A stretch of DNA of 64,000 bases, from NCBI RefSeq assembly GCF_006345805.1, contig NC_042999.1:45818001-45882000 (forward strand), given 5' to 3'. Below the pieces are notes generated by a model, which was not told the origin of the DNA, ran no database searches, and saw nothing but the letters and a program-made list of their open reading frames with translations. Source of the DNA: Octopus sinensis. Its lineage: Eukaryota. Shown here piece by piece: positions 1 to 12,409 of the stretch; the stretch's first letter is position 1, and every line of letters starts with the position of its first letter. Made by a program: the position numbers and the translations under genes.

Positions 1-173
1 CATCCCTATGGATCTCTGTGATTTAGACGAGAATTAGATATTTTAAATGCATTTTGAGTTTTGTTAATGACATAAGGGACCAAACTATTTTATAAATCGT
101 TCAGCTGAATCAGTCAGTAACTGATTATAGTTTTGATTTCCCTAATTTTTTTTTTATTTTATATATTCCTCTT

Positions 174-358
174 TCATTCTTTTCTTGAATGAAAATTGAA
201 ATTGACAAATGCAAGAATTGCAAGAGGTTTCTTTTTAGCAAAAATAAATGAATTATTCAGAAGAAGATAAGGAGCAAACTCCCTGGCCTTTGTAGGCTCT
301 GTCAGATTAATGAGACTGACATGATTAATGTTTAGTTTGAACTTTTGTGAGTTGACAC
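174..358 (-). CDS. Candidate terminal coding exon of an unidentified minus-strand gene
   Basis: Acceptor ttctcatgttttctacag|GT (AG at 360-359), phase 1. Open frame (G)VNSQKFKLNINHVSLINLTEPTKAREF...RKE* in non-repetitive sequence, with AATAAA just past the stop. No homology recognised. Confidence 0.35.
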
Positions 359-429
359 CTGTAGAAAACATGAGAAGATTTGTTATTTTTATCATTTTTT
401 TTAGCTTTTAAAGCCAAAGAAAGAGCATT

Positions 430-545
430 TATAGAGTCAATTGACTAGCTATAATTAGCAGCCAAATGGTCCTCAGATCACACTGTACCATCTTAAAAAG
501 AAGGAACATGTTGGGGTATGTTGTTTAAGATACCAAGCATAGCCA
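430..545 (+). mobile_element. Old interspersed repeat remnant (gctagaaatagcagccaaatc...aaatcacac motif family)
   Basis: The same degenerate motif recurs at ~6170-6235 (+), 30020-30100 (-), 37530-37680 (+), 51580-51650 (-) and 52315-52385 (-). Confidence 0.55.
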
Positions 546-881
546 TCACTCACAAGCAAGTATGACTTGGTATGCATTTACCATGGGTTTTACTAATTGT
601 TTTAGGTGCTTATATAGTGGTGAGCAGTCATAGGTACCTACTTGGCTCTTCTACTCATCACTTAGCATAACATGAGGATTGTGACAGTTCAAGTGAGCAA
701 GGACTACACCAACTCTAGGCTGGTACTCAATTCCTGTTGAGTATACATGTGTAATGTGAAATGAAACACCTTGCTCAAGGACACACTATGCCACCCATCT
801 AAGAATTGAACCCACATCCTTATGATTATAATTCCAATACCTTAACCACTAGGTCACTTCACTAGGTAGTAAGTAAAATAA

Positions 882-1383
882 AGTTACCTTCTCGAGTCAT
901 ACCGACTCATAAGGACTGGTTTCCTGGTTTCCATGGCTTATGTATTCCCCACCTGGACGGCACACTGGGCCATTGCAGGATTACTCATTTTTTCCACTTG
1001 AGGGAACTGGAGCAACACGAAATGAAGTGTTTTGCTCAAGAGCACAATACGTTGCCCAGTCCAAGTACTGAAACCACAATCTTATGATCATGAGTCCAAC
1101 ATTCTAACCACTAAGCCATGCACCTCCACACAGAAGTTACATTCTTGATTCATACGGACTCATAAGGGCCAGTTTCCTGGTTTCATTGCATATATATTCC
1201 CCACCTGGACAGGACGGGGGTCTGTTGCGGGATTACTCATTTTTGTCAGCTGAGTGGACTGGAGCAATATGGAATGAAGTGTTTTGCTCAAGAACACAAT
1301 GCACCACCAGGCCCAGGAATCAAAACCATAATCTTAAGATCATTAGGCCAACACCCTAACCACTAAGCTACATGTCTCCACAC
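882..1383 (-). mobile_element. Two head-to-tail tRNA-derived SINEs, family C (882-1131, 1134-1383)
   Basis: Both carry a tRNA-like head (tggcttagtggttag...), the ttgagcaaaacacttcatt core, a tggac..cccgtccaggtgggg block and the gaaac..gcccttatgagtc tail. A degraded third head lies at ~740-860. Confidence 0.85.
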
Positions 1384-1471
1384 TTCAGTAGATACACTGC
1401 ATCAAAAAAGGGAAAATATAAGAGGAGATAAAGGTAGGATGGTCACAGCTGGAACTGCTTTTATCAGGTAA

Positions 1472-1705
1472 TCTATTTCTTTACTACCCACAAGGGGCTA
1501 AACACAGAGGGGACAAACAAGGACAGACAAACGGATTAAGTCGATTATATAGACCCCAGTGCATAACTGATACTTATTTAATCGACCCCGATAGGATGAA
1601 AGGCAAAGTCGACCTCGGCGGAATTTGAACTCAGAACATAGTGGCAGACGAAATACTGCTAAGCATTTCGCCCGGCATGCTACCATTTCTGCCAGCTCGC
1701 TGCCT
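1472..1705 (-). mobile_element. tRNA-derived SINE family A (octopus OK-like), full length
   Basis: Head ggcagcgagctggcagaa, B-box-like gagttcaaattcc, gaggtcgactttgcctttcatcc, tail ccccttgtgggtagtaaagaaata. Closely matches copies at 51844-52292 and 54152-54564. Family name from memory. Confidence 0.9.
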
Positions 1706-1860
1706 ATCTGAATTAGTGCTAAGTTAGGGTTAAGGAACATCTTGGATAAATAGGGAATTTCTGAGAGGCTTGCAGTTCTGAGAAAGAATTATCGGGTAAG
1801 TACATCAAATAGGATGGACTGGGATAGAGGAAGCTTACTAGCTGAGACTATTGTACCCAC

Positions 1861-1972
1861 CTTTGAGTTGTTGAAACAGAACGCGGAGGGACTGTAGTTG
1901 GTAAACATCAGAGAGGTTACCTTTCAAGGGAATGGACCACACCACTGTGTTTTTATAGTTTGGGTTTGATCT
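1861..1972 (-). CDS. Candidate internal coding exon (112 nt, phase 0 to 1)
   Basis: Pyrimidine-rich acceptor cacttttcaatctatctttctttaaag| and donor AAAG|gtgggt. Open frame RSNPNYKNTVVWSIPLKGNLSDVYQLQSLRVLFQQLK-G joins in frame to the 174-358 exon. Confidence 0.4.
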
Positions 1973-3172
1973 CTTTAAAGAAAGATAGATTGAAAAGTGC
2001 AGTGTGTGTGTCTGTGTGTGTGTGTAACATCTAAATCTGAAATGCAGTTGTTGATGTGTATGAGACACTCTGTGTCACATCTCCTTGTTTAGTTGGAGTG
2101 ATTTGAGAAGTTATGTTCCCCTTGATGACAATCTATAGGTAGTAGTCATGAGCCATGTATAATAAAGAAAGAGATTTTTGGAGGATGCTTTGTGTCTTTG
2201 ATTGGGGGACCATTGCACTGTAACTGCTGATGAACTTAAGGTGGTGGAATGAGATATGTAATGTGATCTGTCACAATACCCAGTGCATGTGCATCTTGTA
2301 GTTGATAGATGTTGTTGTTGATGATGATGATAAGGCAGAGGAGGATTTGCTGTTTGTATGCAGTCTGGTGATGGAATTAAAACTAGATAGCATGTGTGGT
2401 AGTTTTACCTGCAGGAGTGCTATTATTTACAGAGCCACCTTAGTTGAAAAGCCAGAAGTGAAACTGTTTTCTATGTGTTTTTCATGCTCTGAATAGATTT
2501 TGTAAACTTAATATCTCTCTCTCACACACATACACACACCGTGCTGGATAATGTGTTATGGCTAATGAAGTTATTTTTCCTATTACAAACCACTCAGTGA
2601 TATGGTGTCTGGTACCACAGCTACAAGTACCTCATGATTACAGAACTTTATGTAGTTACGTAACTAACTCAATATTGCTGCTCTATTTATATTAATGAAC
2701 AGAACTCTTTGTCTCCACCACAACCATGAATATCCTTTTATCCACTTTCCATGCTACCATTGGTTAGAAGAGTTATCCCTATCTGAATTAGTTCTTATTG
2801 GGTGCCATTGCCTTTATAGACAGTTCAAAGAACTGTATCTTGCTTGTGCATTTTAGTTTTAGCTTGTTTCTATGACCTGATGTTCTTGTCACCAAAAATT
2901 ACAAAATTGGAACGATATAGTTCTGAATCTTAAGACAGTTTACATAGAATAATGTTGCTGAATGTATAATGGCTGCCCAGTTGTAGGTTAACAACTGAGG
3001 TCTAATGCTAGAGATAGTAAAGAACATTTTAAGTCAGATTTTATTATTTAAGACAAACTAAGTTCAGCTACATGATGTAGAAGAAAAGATGCATATAATG
3101 TACTTCACCTTAATATAACATACTTATAAAAGTGTGTTATTAATACATATAATTTCAAAAGTGTGAACTCAC

Positions 3173-3220
3173 CTCAAATAATGTTAACAATTTATTGTGT
3201 AAGATTGTAAAGAAGTGTGA
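3173..3220 (-). CDS. Candidate small exon (48 nt, phase 0-0)
   Basis: Strong donor GAG|gtgagt, modest acceptor ttcaattag|. Reads SHFFTILHNKLLTLFE and is phase-compatible with 1861-1972. Confidence 0.2.
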
Positions 3221-3687
3221 CTAATTGAATACACTCAATCAAAAATATACTAGGAAAATGTTACACACGGTATTTTCACATTGTGCGCACACATTATTTC
3301 AACGTATGGGGTAACTATGTGATCAATCAATCAACAAAAGGAATTGTTGTTTCGGAGAATACAACTTTATGAGTACATTTTTCATAGAGGTCACCTATAG
3401 AAATCTCTGCACAATGCCACAATTTCTTTGGCTTTGAATGCCTGCCTGTCTTGACCCTTCGAAAATATTTTGTAGCTATCTCATGATGGACTCTATTTTA
3501 ACCATCTTATTAACTCATGTTACCATGAACATGAATATTATATTTTCATTATTTATGGCTTACAATAGTTTTCAATATAACATTCATATAAATTATATGT
3601 TTCAAACTTCGGAAAATCTTTAAAAAATATAAAGAAATCTGTCAAAATGTTACACATATGGAAATGAATATATATTGTATTTATAAT

Positions 3688-3747
<60 letters not shown>

Positions 3748-4014
3748 TTGTTTGTATTATTATTAGTCAATCTATTAACTTTCAGTATTCTAAAAAGCTA
3801 TTTAATAACAGCAGTACCAATTTATTGAAACACACCAGACAGTTGTATTTTTTTTCTTTTAGTTGTTTAAAATTTTGTTTCAAGATGTTATTATATTAAC
3901 TCATATAATTTTTATGGGCCTTAAATAGAAAAGAATTTGTAAAACTTAAATGACAAAATAAATTGATATGACTAAAATACAGTAAAATTACAGTGTTATT
4001 GTTGTTATTATTAT

Positions 4015-4770
4015 TAGTGGGTGGGCGAGGGCAGTGAATTAACAGAACTGTTGGTGCTTGAAAAAAAAATGTTTTATAGCATTTCTTCAGGTTCTTTGCT
4101 CTGCGTTCAAATCCTGTTGTGATAAACTTCGCCTTTAATCCCCATGGCATTGATAAAATAAAGTACCAGTGAAGTACTGGGGTTGATGGTCCTGACTTAA
4201 CCTCACTTCCCTGAAATTGCTGGCATCGTGCCTATGGCAAGGCAGCAGATTTGTTAGCGCATTAGAAAAATACCATCTGATATTTGTTCTCTTATATTCT
4301 GAGTTCAAATCCTGCTGAAGTTAACATTGTCATTATCTGGCCATGAGCACATATATGAGGTAATGAATAATGGGAAATAGAATGGAAGAATCATTAGAGA
4401 CTTGGACAAAATTTTCTGGCTTTTTGTATTCCTAGTTCAAATCCTGCCTAGGTCATTTAATCCTTCTGGGGTTGATAAATAAAATACCAGTCAAATACTG
4501 AGGTTGGTGTTATTGACTAACTTCTTTCCCCTTAAAATGACAGGCCTTGTGCATAAATCAGAAGCCATTGTTGTTATTATTGTTATTTAAGGTGGTGAAC
4601 TGGCAGAACTGTTAGCATGCTAGGTAAAATGCTTAGTGGCATTTCATTTGTCCTTATGTTCTGAGTTCAAATTCTGCTGAGGTTGACTTTGCCTTTCATC
4701 CTTTTGGGGTCAATGTAATAAGTACCACTTATGCACTGCTCCCTACCCCAAAATTTCTGACTTTGTGTGA
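4015..4770 (+). mobile_element. Train of four degraded family A SINEs
   Basis: Four successive gttcaaat(c/t)ctg B-box motifs (~4105, 4300, 4435, 4665), most followed by ttgcctttcatcc...ggggt..ataa..agtacc, separated by ttattgttg runs. Confidence 0.8.
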
Positions 4771-4781
4771 AGAAAGGATTA

Positions 4782-5010
4782 TTACTTCTGGCTTAGCAAA
4801 GGCAGAGGTATTGTTTTCAGTCATGTTTGTTTGTTTGTGGACAAAATATCTCAAGAACTGCTGGATGAATTCAAATGAAACTTTCAGAGATGTTTGGCCT
4901 TATGACTGGCACTAAATGTTTAGATTTTGGAATCGATCTGGTACTAGACAAGGTTTCTGGATTATTTTTCCGGTTTTTTAACCTAATTTTTTGAGAGCAG
5001 TCAGTTTCTT
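4782..5010 (-). mobile_element. HINE-like (Helentron-associated) non-autonomous element, 3' part
   Basis: Reverse complement of the 3' half of 6944-7310, including the terminal hairpin aatacctctgcctttgctaagccagaagtaat and the (aaac)n run. Confidence 0.7.
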
Positions 5011-5539
5011 TTTTTGTACTCATAAAGCATTATGTGCCTCAAATGCTCTTTGGATACTTCCATGTTGAAAGGGTTTTAATCAAAGAAATTTTAATTCTAT
5101 TATTCTGTAAAATTATATTTAATTACTTTAAATGTACACAAATGCATAAAAATAATTTTTAATTCTATTAGACATTCTAAAATACTATTAAATTTCATTC
5201 AATTTTAAAAAAGGTAAAATCGGACAGAACTTCTAACTCTTTTTAAATATAAACAGTCCAAAAGTGGAATAAGTTAGCTTGTTGTGAGCAAAAAGAAAGA
5301 CTAAAATTCTGCTCAGAAATCTTTATTGTCTATAAGTGCCATCATAAAGCAATCCTCTCCACAGAAAAGTCCTGCTTGCAACATAGATTTTTTTCCCCTC
5401 TTTCTCATTTAACAATTATGTCTTGAGACGCCCGTTCTATTTGACTTGAATGTATCCTGGTTTCTCTGGCATATAAGTGACTGAGAGTACAAGATGACTG
5501 ACTGTAACACTAGTCCATTACAGCATTGATCCTCAGCTG

Positions 5540-5692
5540 TCATTAGTACTCATATTCAGTGAAGAGGACTGAAGCAACATAAAATGAAAGGTCTTACTCA
5601 AGAACACAATATACTGCCTGGTCCAAGAATCAAAACCATGATTTAATGATCACAAACCTAACTTCCTAACCACTATGCTATGTCCATTCACA
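5540..5692 (-). mobile_element. Degraded family C SINE 5' half
   Basis: actcaagaacacaat...aatcaaaacc...ctaaccact motifs match the family C head and core. Confidence 0.65.
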
Positions 5693-6244
5693 TCTCTGCC
5701 TTATGGTAAACTGTTTTGCTTCACCTTCAAGCTGTTTTTCTGCACCTTCAAACTGTTTGTACTCCCTAATTGCCAACTTTGATTATTAGTTTTTCTCAGG
5801 TCTTATTGATAACTGTTAGTTGAAGTTGTTAGAGTAATAACAGAACTTCCTGACAGACTAATAAGATGATATTTATTCATGAGAGTTGTCAGTTGAAACT
5901 GTTTTTTGTGACACGTTTTTGAGTCTGAAACTAATTGAGTCTAACAAAACAATAGTTCTATGGTTGCTACACTAGACTGCACTAAAAATTAGTTTCTCTT
6001 CCTTAATTTTTGTTGTTGTTGTTGATGGCTTAGTGAGATAAAGACGAAGAGCCCCCTGCAAAACCATTTTCAGGATCTCAGTATCTGATGGCAGAAATTT
6101 TTTCTCAGGCCAGAGACAACATCTGAATGCCAGTGAGAAACTGAACCCTGCTAGAGAGAGCCAAGTGCCTCAGCTTAGCTATTTGAATTTGCAGAAATAG
6201 TAGCCAAATTTCTCTCAAAATGTCAGTGAATGTACAAATTGACA

Positions 6245-6881
6245 TTAAGGATGAAAGGCAAAGTCGACCTTGGTGAAATTTGAACTCAGAATGTAGCGAC
6301 AGGCAAAAGGCAAAACACTGCTAAGCATTTCGTCCAGCATGCTAACGATTCTGCCAGCTTGCTGCCTTAAATAATAATAATGATAATAATAATAATAATA
6401 ATAATCCTTTCTACTGGAAGCACAAGGCTTCAAATTTGGGGGAAGGGATTAAGTTGATTACATTGACCCCAGTGCATAACTGGTTCTTATTTAATTGACC
6501 CCAAAAGGATGAAAAGCAAAGTTGACCTCAGTGGAATTTGAACTCAGAATGTAGCAGCAGACGAAATACCGCTATGCTTTTCGCCCAGTTCACTAACAAT
6601 TCTGCCAGCTCACCATTTTAATAACAAATAATAATAATGATAATAATCTTAATCATAATAATAATAATAATCTTTTCTACTATAGGCACAAGGCCTGGAT
6701 TTTGTGGGGAGGGGGAAGTCGATAACATTGACCCAGTACTCAACTGGTACTTATTTTATCAACTCTGGAAGGATGAAAGACAAAGTCAACATCAGTGGAA
6801 TTTGAACTCAGAACATAGTGGCAGATGAAATACTGCTAAGCATCTCACCCGTCTCGCTAACTATTCTGCCAGCTCACCACC

Positions 6882-6885
<4 letters not shown>
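6245..6885 (-). mobile_element. Train of three family A SINEs separated by (AAT)n, plus a partial copy at 7335-7495
   Basis: Repeated ggatgaaa(g)gcaaagtcgac...gaatttgaactcagaa...ctgccagct blocks, each head abutting an (aat)n run. Confidence 0.9.
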
Positions 6886-6927
<42 letters not shown>

Positions 6928-6943
6928 TAATAATGATAATAAT

Positions 6944-7310
6944 AACAAGAGCACTCAGAGGGTGTAAACCTCTGCCAAGGCAACTCCAATGTCCTCTCAA
7001 CAATTAGCCAGAGATGATTTTCAAAATGAGAATATCTGAAATAAACTCCACTGTTCTCATGAATGAGAATACTAAAAATGAAACCAACCACTCTCAAAAA
7101 TTAAATTAAAAAAAGCAGGAAAAATAATCCAGAATCCTTGTCCGGTATTGGATCGATCCCAAAATCTAATCAGTTCATGCCAGTCACAAGGCCAAACATC
7201 CCTGAAAGTTTCAACTGAATCCATCTTGAGATATGTTGTCCACGGACAAACAAGCAAACAAACAAACATGACTGAAAACAATACCTCCGCCTTCACCAGG
7301 GCGGAAGTAA
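6944..7310 (+). mobile_element. HINE-like non-autonomous rolling-circle element, apparently complete
   Basis: Begins aacaagagcactcagag with subterminal acctctgccaagg (~6968). Internal (aaac)n. Ends in hairpin tacctccgccttcaccagggcggaagta (7282-7309), which repeats the subterminal motif. This is the Helentron/HINE (DINE-1-type) layout. Confidence 0.7.
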
Positions 7311-7532
7311 TAATGATTTTAAATTTTTGGCTCGAAGTTACAATTTTGGAGAGGAAGCAAGTTGATTGCATCGACCCCCAGTACTCAATTAGTATTTATT
7401 TTATTGACCCTGAAATGGTAAGGCAAAGTCGAACTCAGCAGCATTTGAACTCAGATGAACGATATGCTAACGATTCTACCAGCTTGCCACCTTAAGAATA
7501 ATAATGATAATTTTTATTATAGTAAATAAAAT

Positions 7533-7783
7533 AAATGTGCCCTTTTAAAGCTTAGCCAGGCTCATGGGCCCGGTTTCCCGGTTTCTATGGCGTATGTGTT
7601 CCCCAGCTGGACGGGATGCCAGTCCATCGCAGCGTTACTCATTTTTGCCAGCTGTGTGGACTGGAGTAACGTGAAATGAAGTGTTTTGCTCAAGAACACA
7701 ATGCGTCGTCCGGTCCAGGAATCGAAACCACAATCTTACGATCATGTTGCTGACACCCTAACCACCAAGCCACGTGCCTCCAC
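7533..7783 (-). mobile_element. Family C SINE, full length
   Basis: tRNA-like head with gtttcgattcctggaccgg, core, gcgatggactggcatcccgtccagctgggg block and tail. Confidence 0.88.
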
Positions 7784-8576
7784 AGTTATAATAGTAACAA
7801 CAACAACAAAGCAAGTGAAATCTCCTGACTTCCAGCATAAGTTAAAACAAGTGATTACATCTGCGCCCCCATTCTCCCACCTTGCTACTTCCCCTTTCTT
7901 TTCTTACCCCTTACTACTCTCTTCCCAACACCCACCCACCCACCAAATGCAGTAAAATTACAACTTGCAGTTTTCTTTATGATGAAGTATTTTTTTGAGG
8001 TTGATCTGTAATTCCTGTCAGTTGTCCAGCACTTTTCTAGAGTACAACCATTGATTCAGAGAGCAGATAAAGTGTTATTGGGTTGGGGTGAACAGCAAAA
8101 AGATTATATAATGTTGAAATATGTTTTCCCAACTACATTTAATATTTTTCTTTTGAGGTATTCAAGAAAAGATTTTCTTTCTTTCTTTATTTATTTACTT
8201 ATGTATTTATTACAAGTTGGAAAAGTTTAGAATCTTTGTTTTGTTTCCTTTTTGTCTTTTTTTTTTCTTTAAAAATATATATTTTGAAATAATGTAAGAT
8301 TATTTTAACTTTTTATTTGAGAACTGATATTTTATTATAAAAGTTCTTTTATTTGGTTTTGGTGGTTATTTTCTCTTCCTGCTTTTTTTTTCTCCTTCTT
8401 CTTACAAAACATATTTATTTCAGAAAATGAATAACATAAAGAAGGACAAACATATTTAAAAAATAAAAAATTACAAATATATTTTATTAAAAAAAGGTCT
8501 TTATTAAATTCAGTATAAAAATACACACATACCCATAAGTATGTGTATATATGTATATGTGAGAATATACATACAT

Positions 8577-8648
<72 letters not shown>

Positions 8649-9217
8649 TCCCATTCTTAGATAAACTTGTAGGCATTTTAAAATTGGTTTTAGTTGAGAG
8701 ACTTTAAGCTAATTTATATAGGATGTTCTCGGTGGATGATATGAAAGGGAAGTAATATTAGTGATTGTATAAAGTTACACTATATGGAAAGGAATGCAGT
8801 TAAAACGAGAGAGAGAAATGAGAAAGATAAAAAGAGAGAGAGAAAATGATAAACAAATTAAATATAGATAAGTTATATGTTGTCTCTACAACTTCACTTT
8901 TTCTCTTTCTTATTCATATTTCTACCCCGCCTTCTCGCTAGTTTTCCATGTTTAATGATATAAAGTTACTGAATGGAATTATTATTATTATTTTATTTTA
9001 CTTTATTACTTGTAGTATTGTGTTTGTTATTTTGTAGGTTGTTTTCTGCTCACATGCACAAAGAACTGCAGCTTCACTACGGCTGCTGTGCCTCTCTGTT
9101 GTTATTGTTTGCAATGCACCGTTGCAGAGTGTTAATCTAAAAATCAGTGGCGTTGCCCGATTTCATGAGATTCTTCCCAAAAATAGTTATTGCCAAAGTC
9201 TCTATCGTCTATCTTAC

Positions 9218-9287
9218 CTGATTATATGCAGATGGTAAATCCATCAGATTAGCTAGAAATACCAAATTATATTTCACATTTGCTTCT
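9218..9287 (-). CDS. Candidate small exon (9218-9252 or 9218-9287)
   Basis: Donor CAG|gtaaga, TACTAAC branch-like motif upstream, two possible acceptors. Open frame EANVKYNLVFLANLMDLPSAYNQ. Confidence 0.2.
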
Positions 9288-10451
9288 CTGATGTTAGTAG
9301 TAATGCAAAGTTTAACTAATGTAAACATATCTCTTCGACATATAAGTAGATACATAACATATCTATATTACCGTTTCTACGCTGTAAAGTTTTAAAATAA
9401 AAGCAAACGTCTGGAATAGTTATGCTTCTTCTTCTTCTCCTTACACTGCTAAAGCAACAAGAGTAGCAACTAAACCGAATTTAAAAAAAAAAAAACAATA
9501 GAAAAAGAAATAGAAAAAATAAAACAGACAGATAATTTGAGTTTTTGTGACTTCTTTTATATTTAAATAAAAATGATAATTATTATTGTCATGTAGATAT
9601 ATTGTTGTTGGAATTGTTTTGGAAATTCTGTCTGTTAAGTGTCAAATGTTGTTTACTAACTTCATTGTGATTGACAAAAAAAATCTCACACACACACACA
9701 GACATATGCACACACACACACAAACATAAAGAGATAGATAAAGAGATGTGTGCGCGCTTGTATATATATATATACCTAAACACACACATACACACACACA
9801 AATATATATACCTACCTACCTACATACAAACATGCCTACATACATATATATATACATACATACATACATGTATGCTTATGTGGGTATGTGTATGGAAAGA
9901 GAGATAAATATGAAAGGCTTATTGTTAGAATTATAGAATTACACACTTGGTATTGTTCTTCAATATATTCTAAATTGAAAAACTCTGTATCTACTGTATA
10001 AATTTATTCTGTCTACATCGTATGATTACTTTGCAGTATTTTCATGTAATATGTACCCACACAGACACACGTGCGTCTGTGTGTGTATGTATACATATGT
10101 GTGTGCTTGTGTGTGTGTGTGTATATCTATATATGTGTATTCATATACATATATATATTTATATATATGAGGTTGAAAGTCAGCAGAATTGATGATAAAG
10201 CATTGGATTAAGTGAATTGGGCACTGTCCTTTTATGCACTGAGTTCACAGCTTACCAGGGAAGAAGACGGGGTTGGCTTTGTTGCTTGTCATAATTTCCT
10301 TTGGAGTTGATGAAACACGATTACTGTTAATGCTGCAGAGATGGTTTTCTTAGCAACATTATGTCCTCCTCCCATAGAGAAACTGAATTTCTGATGAGTC
10401 AGATGAAATTGTTATCATCATTATCACAATCTATAATATTGTTCTATATGT

Positions 10452-10805
10452 GAGTATGCCTCTGTGGCAAGGAAGCTCACTCTGCATCCATGTGGTTTCA
10501 GGTTCAATCCCACTGTGTGGCATTGGGTTGACCAATGCCATGTGAGCGAATTTGGTAGGTGGAAGCTATGTGGAAGCCTGTTATTTCTATGTATATGTGT
10601 GTCTGTGTGTGTATCTCCCCACCAATGTTCAACAACCAATGTTTGCTTATATCCTTGCAACCTAGCAGTTGGACAAAAGCGGCTGATAATAAAAGTACCA
10701 GACCTAACAGAAACTAAGTACTGGAGTTGATTTGTTTGGTTAAACTCCTTCAAGGTGGTGCCCCAGCATGGCTGCTGTCCAGTGATTGAATCAAGCAAAA
10801 GGTAA
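10452..10805 (+). mobile_element. tRNA/CORE-type SINE family B (octopus OR2-like)
   Basis: gtggcaaggaagct...ggttcaatcccact head, gccatgtgagcgaatttggtag core, internal (TG)n, tail ccccagcatggctgctgtccagtgattgaatcaag. Partial copy at 11015-11145. Confidence 0.8.
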
Positions 10806-11781
10806 AAGATAGATTGTCATAATGTTTGTATATTGGAGTTTTTCACTTCAAACAACCTTATCTATGGAATGAAAATGAAGACATAAGTGAAATCTGTAAG
10901 ATAGAGAAATAATGCTCTGAAGATCTAAGAAGTTCTGCATGAAAGTAGATATAAGGAAAATGATAAAACGTGGACTTGTCATGCATTATGTTTCTTATTA
11001 TGATTACTATAGACACGTGTGTGTCTAATTAAGAAGCTTGCTTCCCAACCAAATGGTCTTTGGTTCAATCCCACTTTATGGTACTTTGGGCTAGTGACTT
11101 GTTGTGTAACCCCAGGCCGACTAAAGCCTTGTGAGTAGATTTGGACTGAAAATTTACCTCCACAAAAAGAAGTACAACAAGCATCTTCAGCATATCTCTA
11201 GGGAAACACTCTCAACAGAAAACAAGCTATGGTACAATATGCTATATTTTCAAAAGTGAAAACTCAACCAAAACACTGGCTGAACTTTTAAGATGTATCT
11301 CTGCCCATAGTTAAGTACCCCAGTATATAGGGCAAAAAAAATACAAGAGTCATGATAGGAAACATCAGAAATAATGTAGATCCATGGCTGGTCATCACTT
11401 TTGTGTCACAGTATAGGTGAGTGGTGAATGCAGGACTAACGAGAGGTGACATGTGGTGAAAGAACATCAGAATGAATTTATATATTGTAATGACCCCTGA
11501 ATGCCACAAAGCCATGCTGAAACAAAGGGAATGAAATTGGTGACAAGGGCAAAATGCCTCATTGTTGTAAGGATCAGAATACTTGATGTCAACAGAATCA
11601 GAGCTTTTTTCCCTCATGAACTGGGAAGACTGTAAGAGGACCAGAAACATGAGTAATGGACACCAACTTAGAAAGTAACAAAAACAACAAGTCACAGTTT
11701 CCAGAGAAGCTTAAGTCAAAATTCTGTGAATAGCTGGAGGAAACGAGCCCACAAACGCACACTTTTTCCAACTGTGGCAAC

Positions 11782-12261
11782 ATGCATAAGATCTGGTCAT
11801 CAAATCTAAGTAGAGACTTCAAACTTGAAATCTTCAAAGCCACAGTCGAACCAATTCTACTATATGGCTCAGAAACCTGGACGTTATCAAAGAAGCTTGA
11901 GAGGCGGTGGGATGGAACCTACACTCGCCTCCTTATGAGAGCTCAAAATCTCTCGTGGAAGTGTCATCCAACCAAAATGCAAATATATGGGAAACTACCA
12001 CCTGTGTCATCTCTTGTGAAAGGTAGGAGAGTCCAGTTTGCTGGACATTGTTGTAGAGCTGAAAACGAGGCAATTTCTACTCTTCTCCTCTGGAATCCAT
12101 CTACTTACAATACCAGAGGTCGCACACTCTCCTACCCTGATGTAATCTCCAGGGATACAGGCATCCAGCAACAGGACCTCTGTAATGCCATGATGGACTG
12201 TGAAGTCTGGCGTAGCATGGTAAATTCCATTGTCTCGACCACGGTCGAATGATGATGATGA
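11782..12261 (+). mobile_element. 5'-truncated RTE-clade LINE (RT C-terminal region) with (GAT)n tail and 9-bp TSD
   Basis: ORF 11782-12252 contains KLEIFKATVEPILLYGSETWTL...RRVQFAGHC..R, typical of the RTE C-terminus. The stop is followed directly by (gat)n. TGTGGCAAC occurs at 11773-11781 and 12262-12270. Confidence 0.93.
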
Positions 12262-12409
12262 TGTGGCAACCAGAGGCACCACTCCAGCATCGTGTATTGT
12301 AAAAAGAAACAACGATTACTAAAAAAAAGGGTATAAACTGTCGAAAAAAACATGAATGGGGAAAAAAAGACACTCCCACATCCCCAAAATGTCAGCATAA
12401 TTTGTAGGT

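Noticed and set aside
5710-5758. 21-bp repeat encoding KQFEGAE-KQLEGEA-KQF on the minus strand
   Set aside because: Only ~2.5 units, an in-frame stop just upstream and a poor acceptor.
10391-10440. Hammerhead-like CTGATGAG..GAAA..ATC
   Set aside because: Stem II is only ~2 bp and stem I cannot pair. A similar CTGACGA motif in family E (~20085) also lacks stem II.
11288-11695. 135-aa minus-strand ORF and 101-aa ORF 12007-12312
   Set aside because: No motifs; the second is antisense to the RTE ORF.
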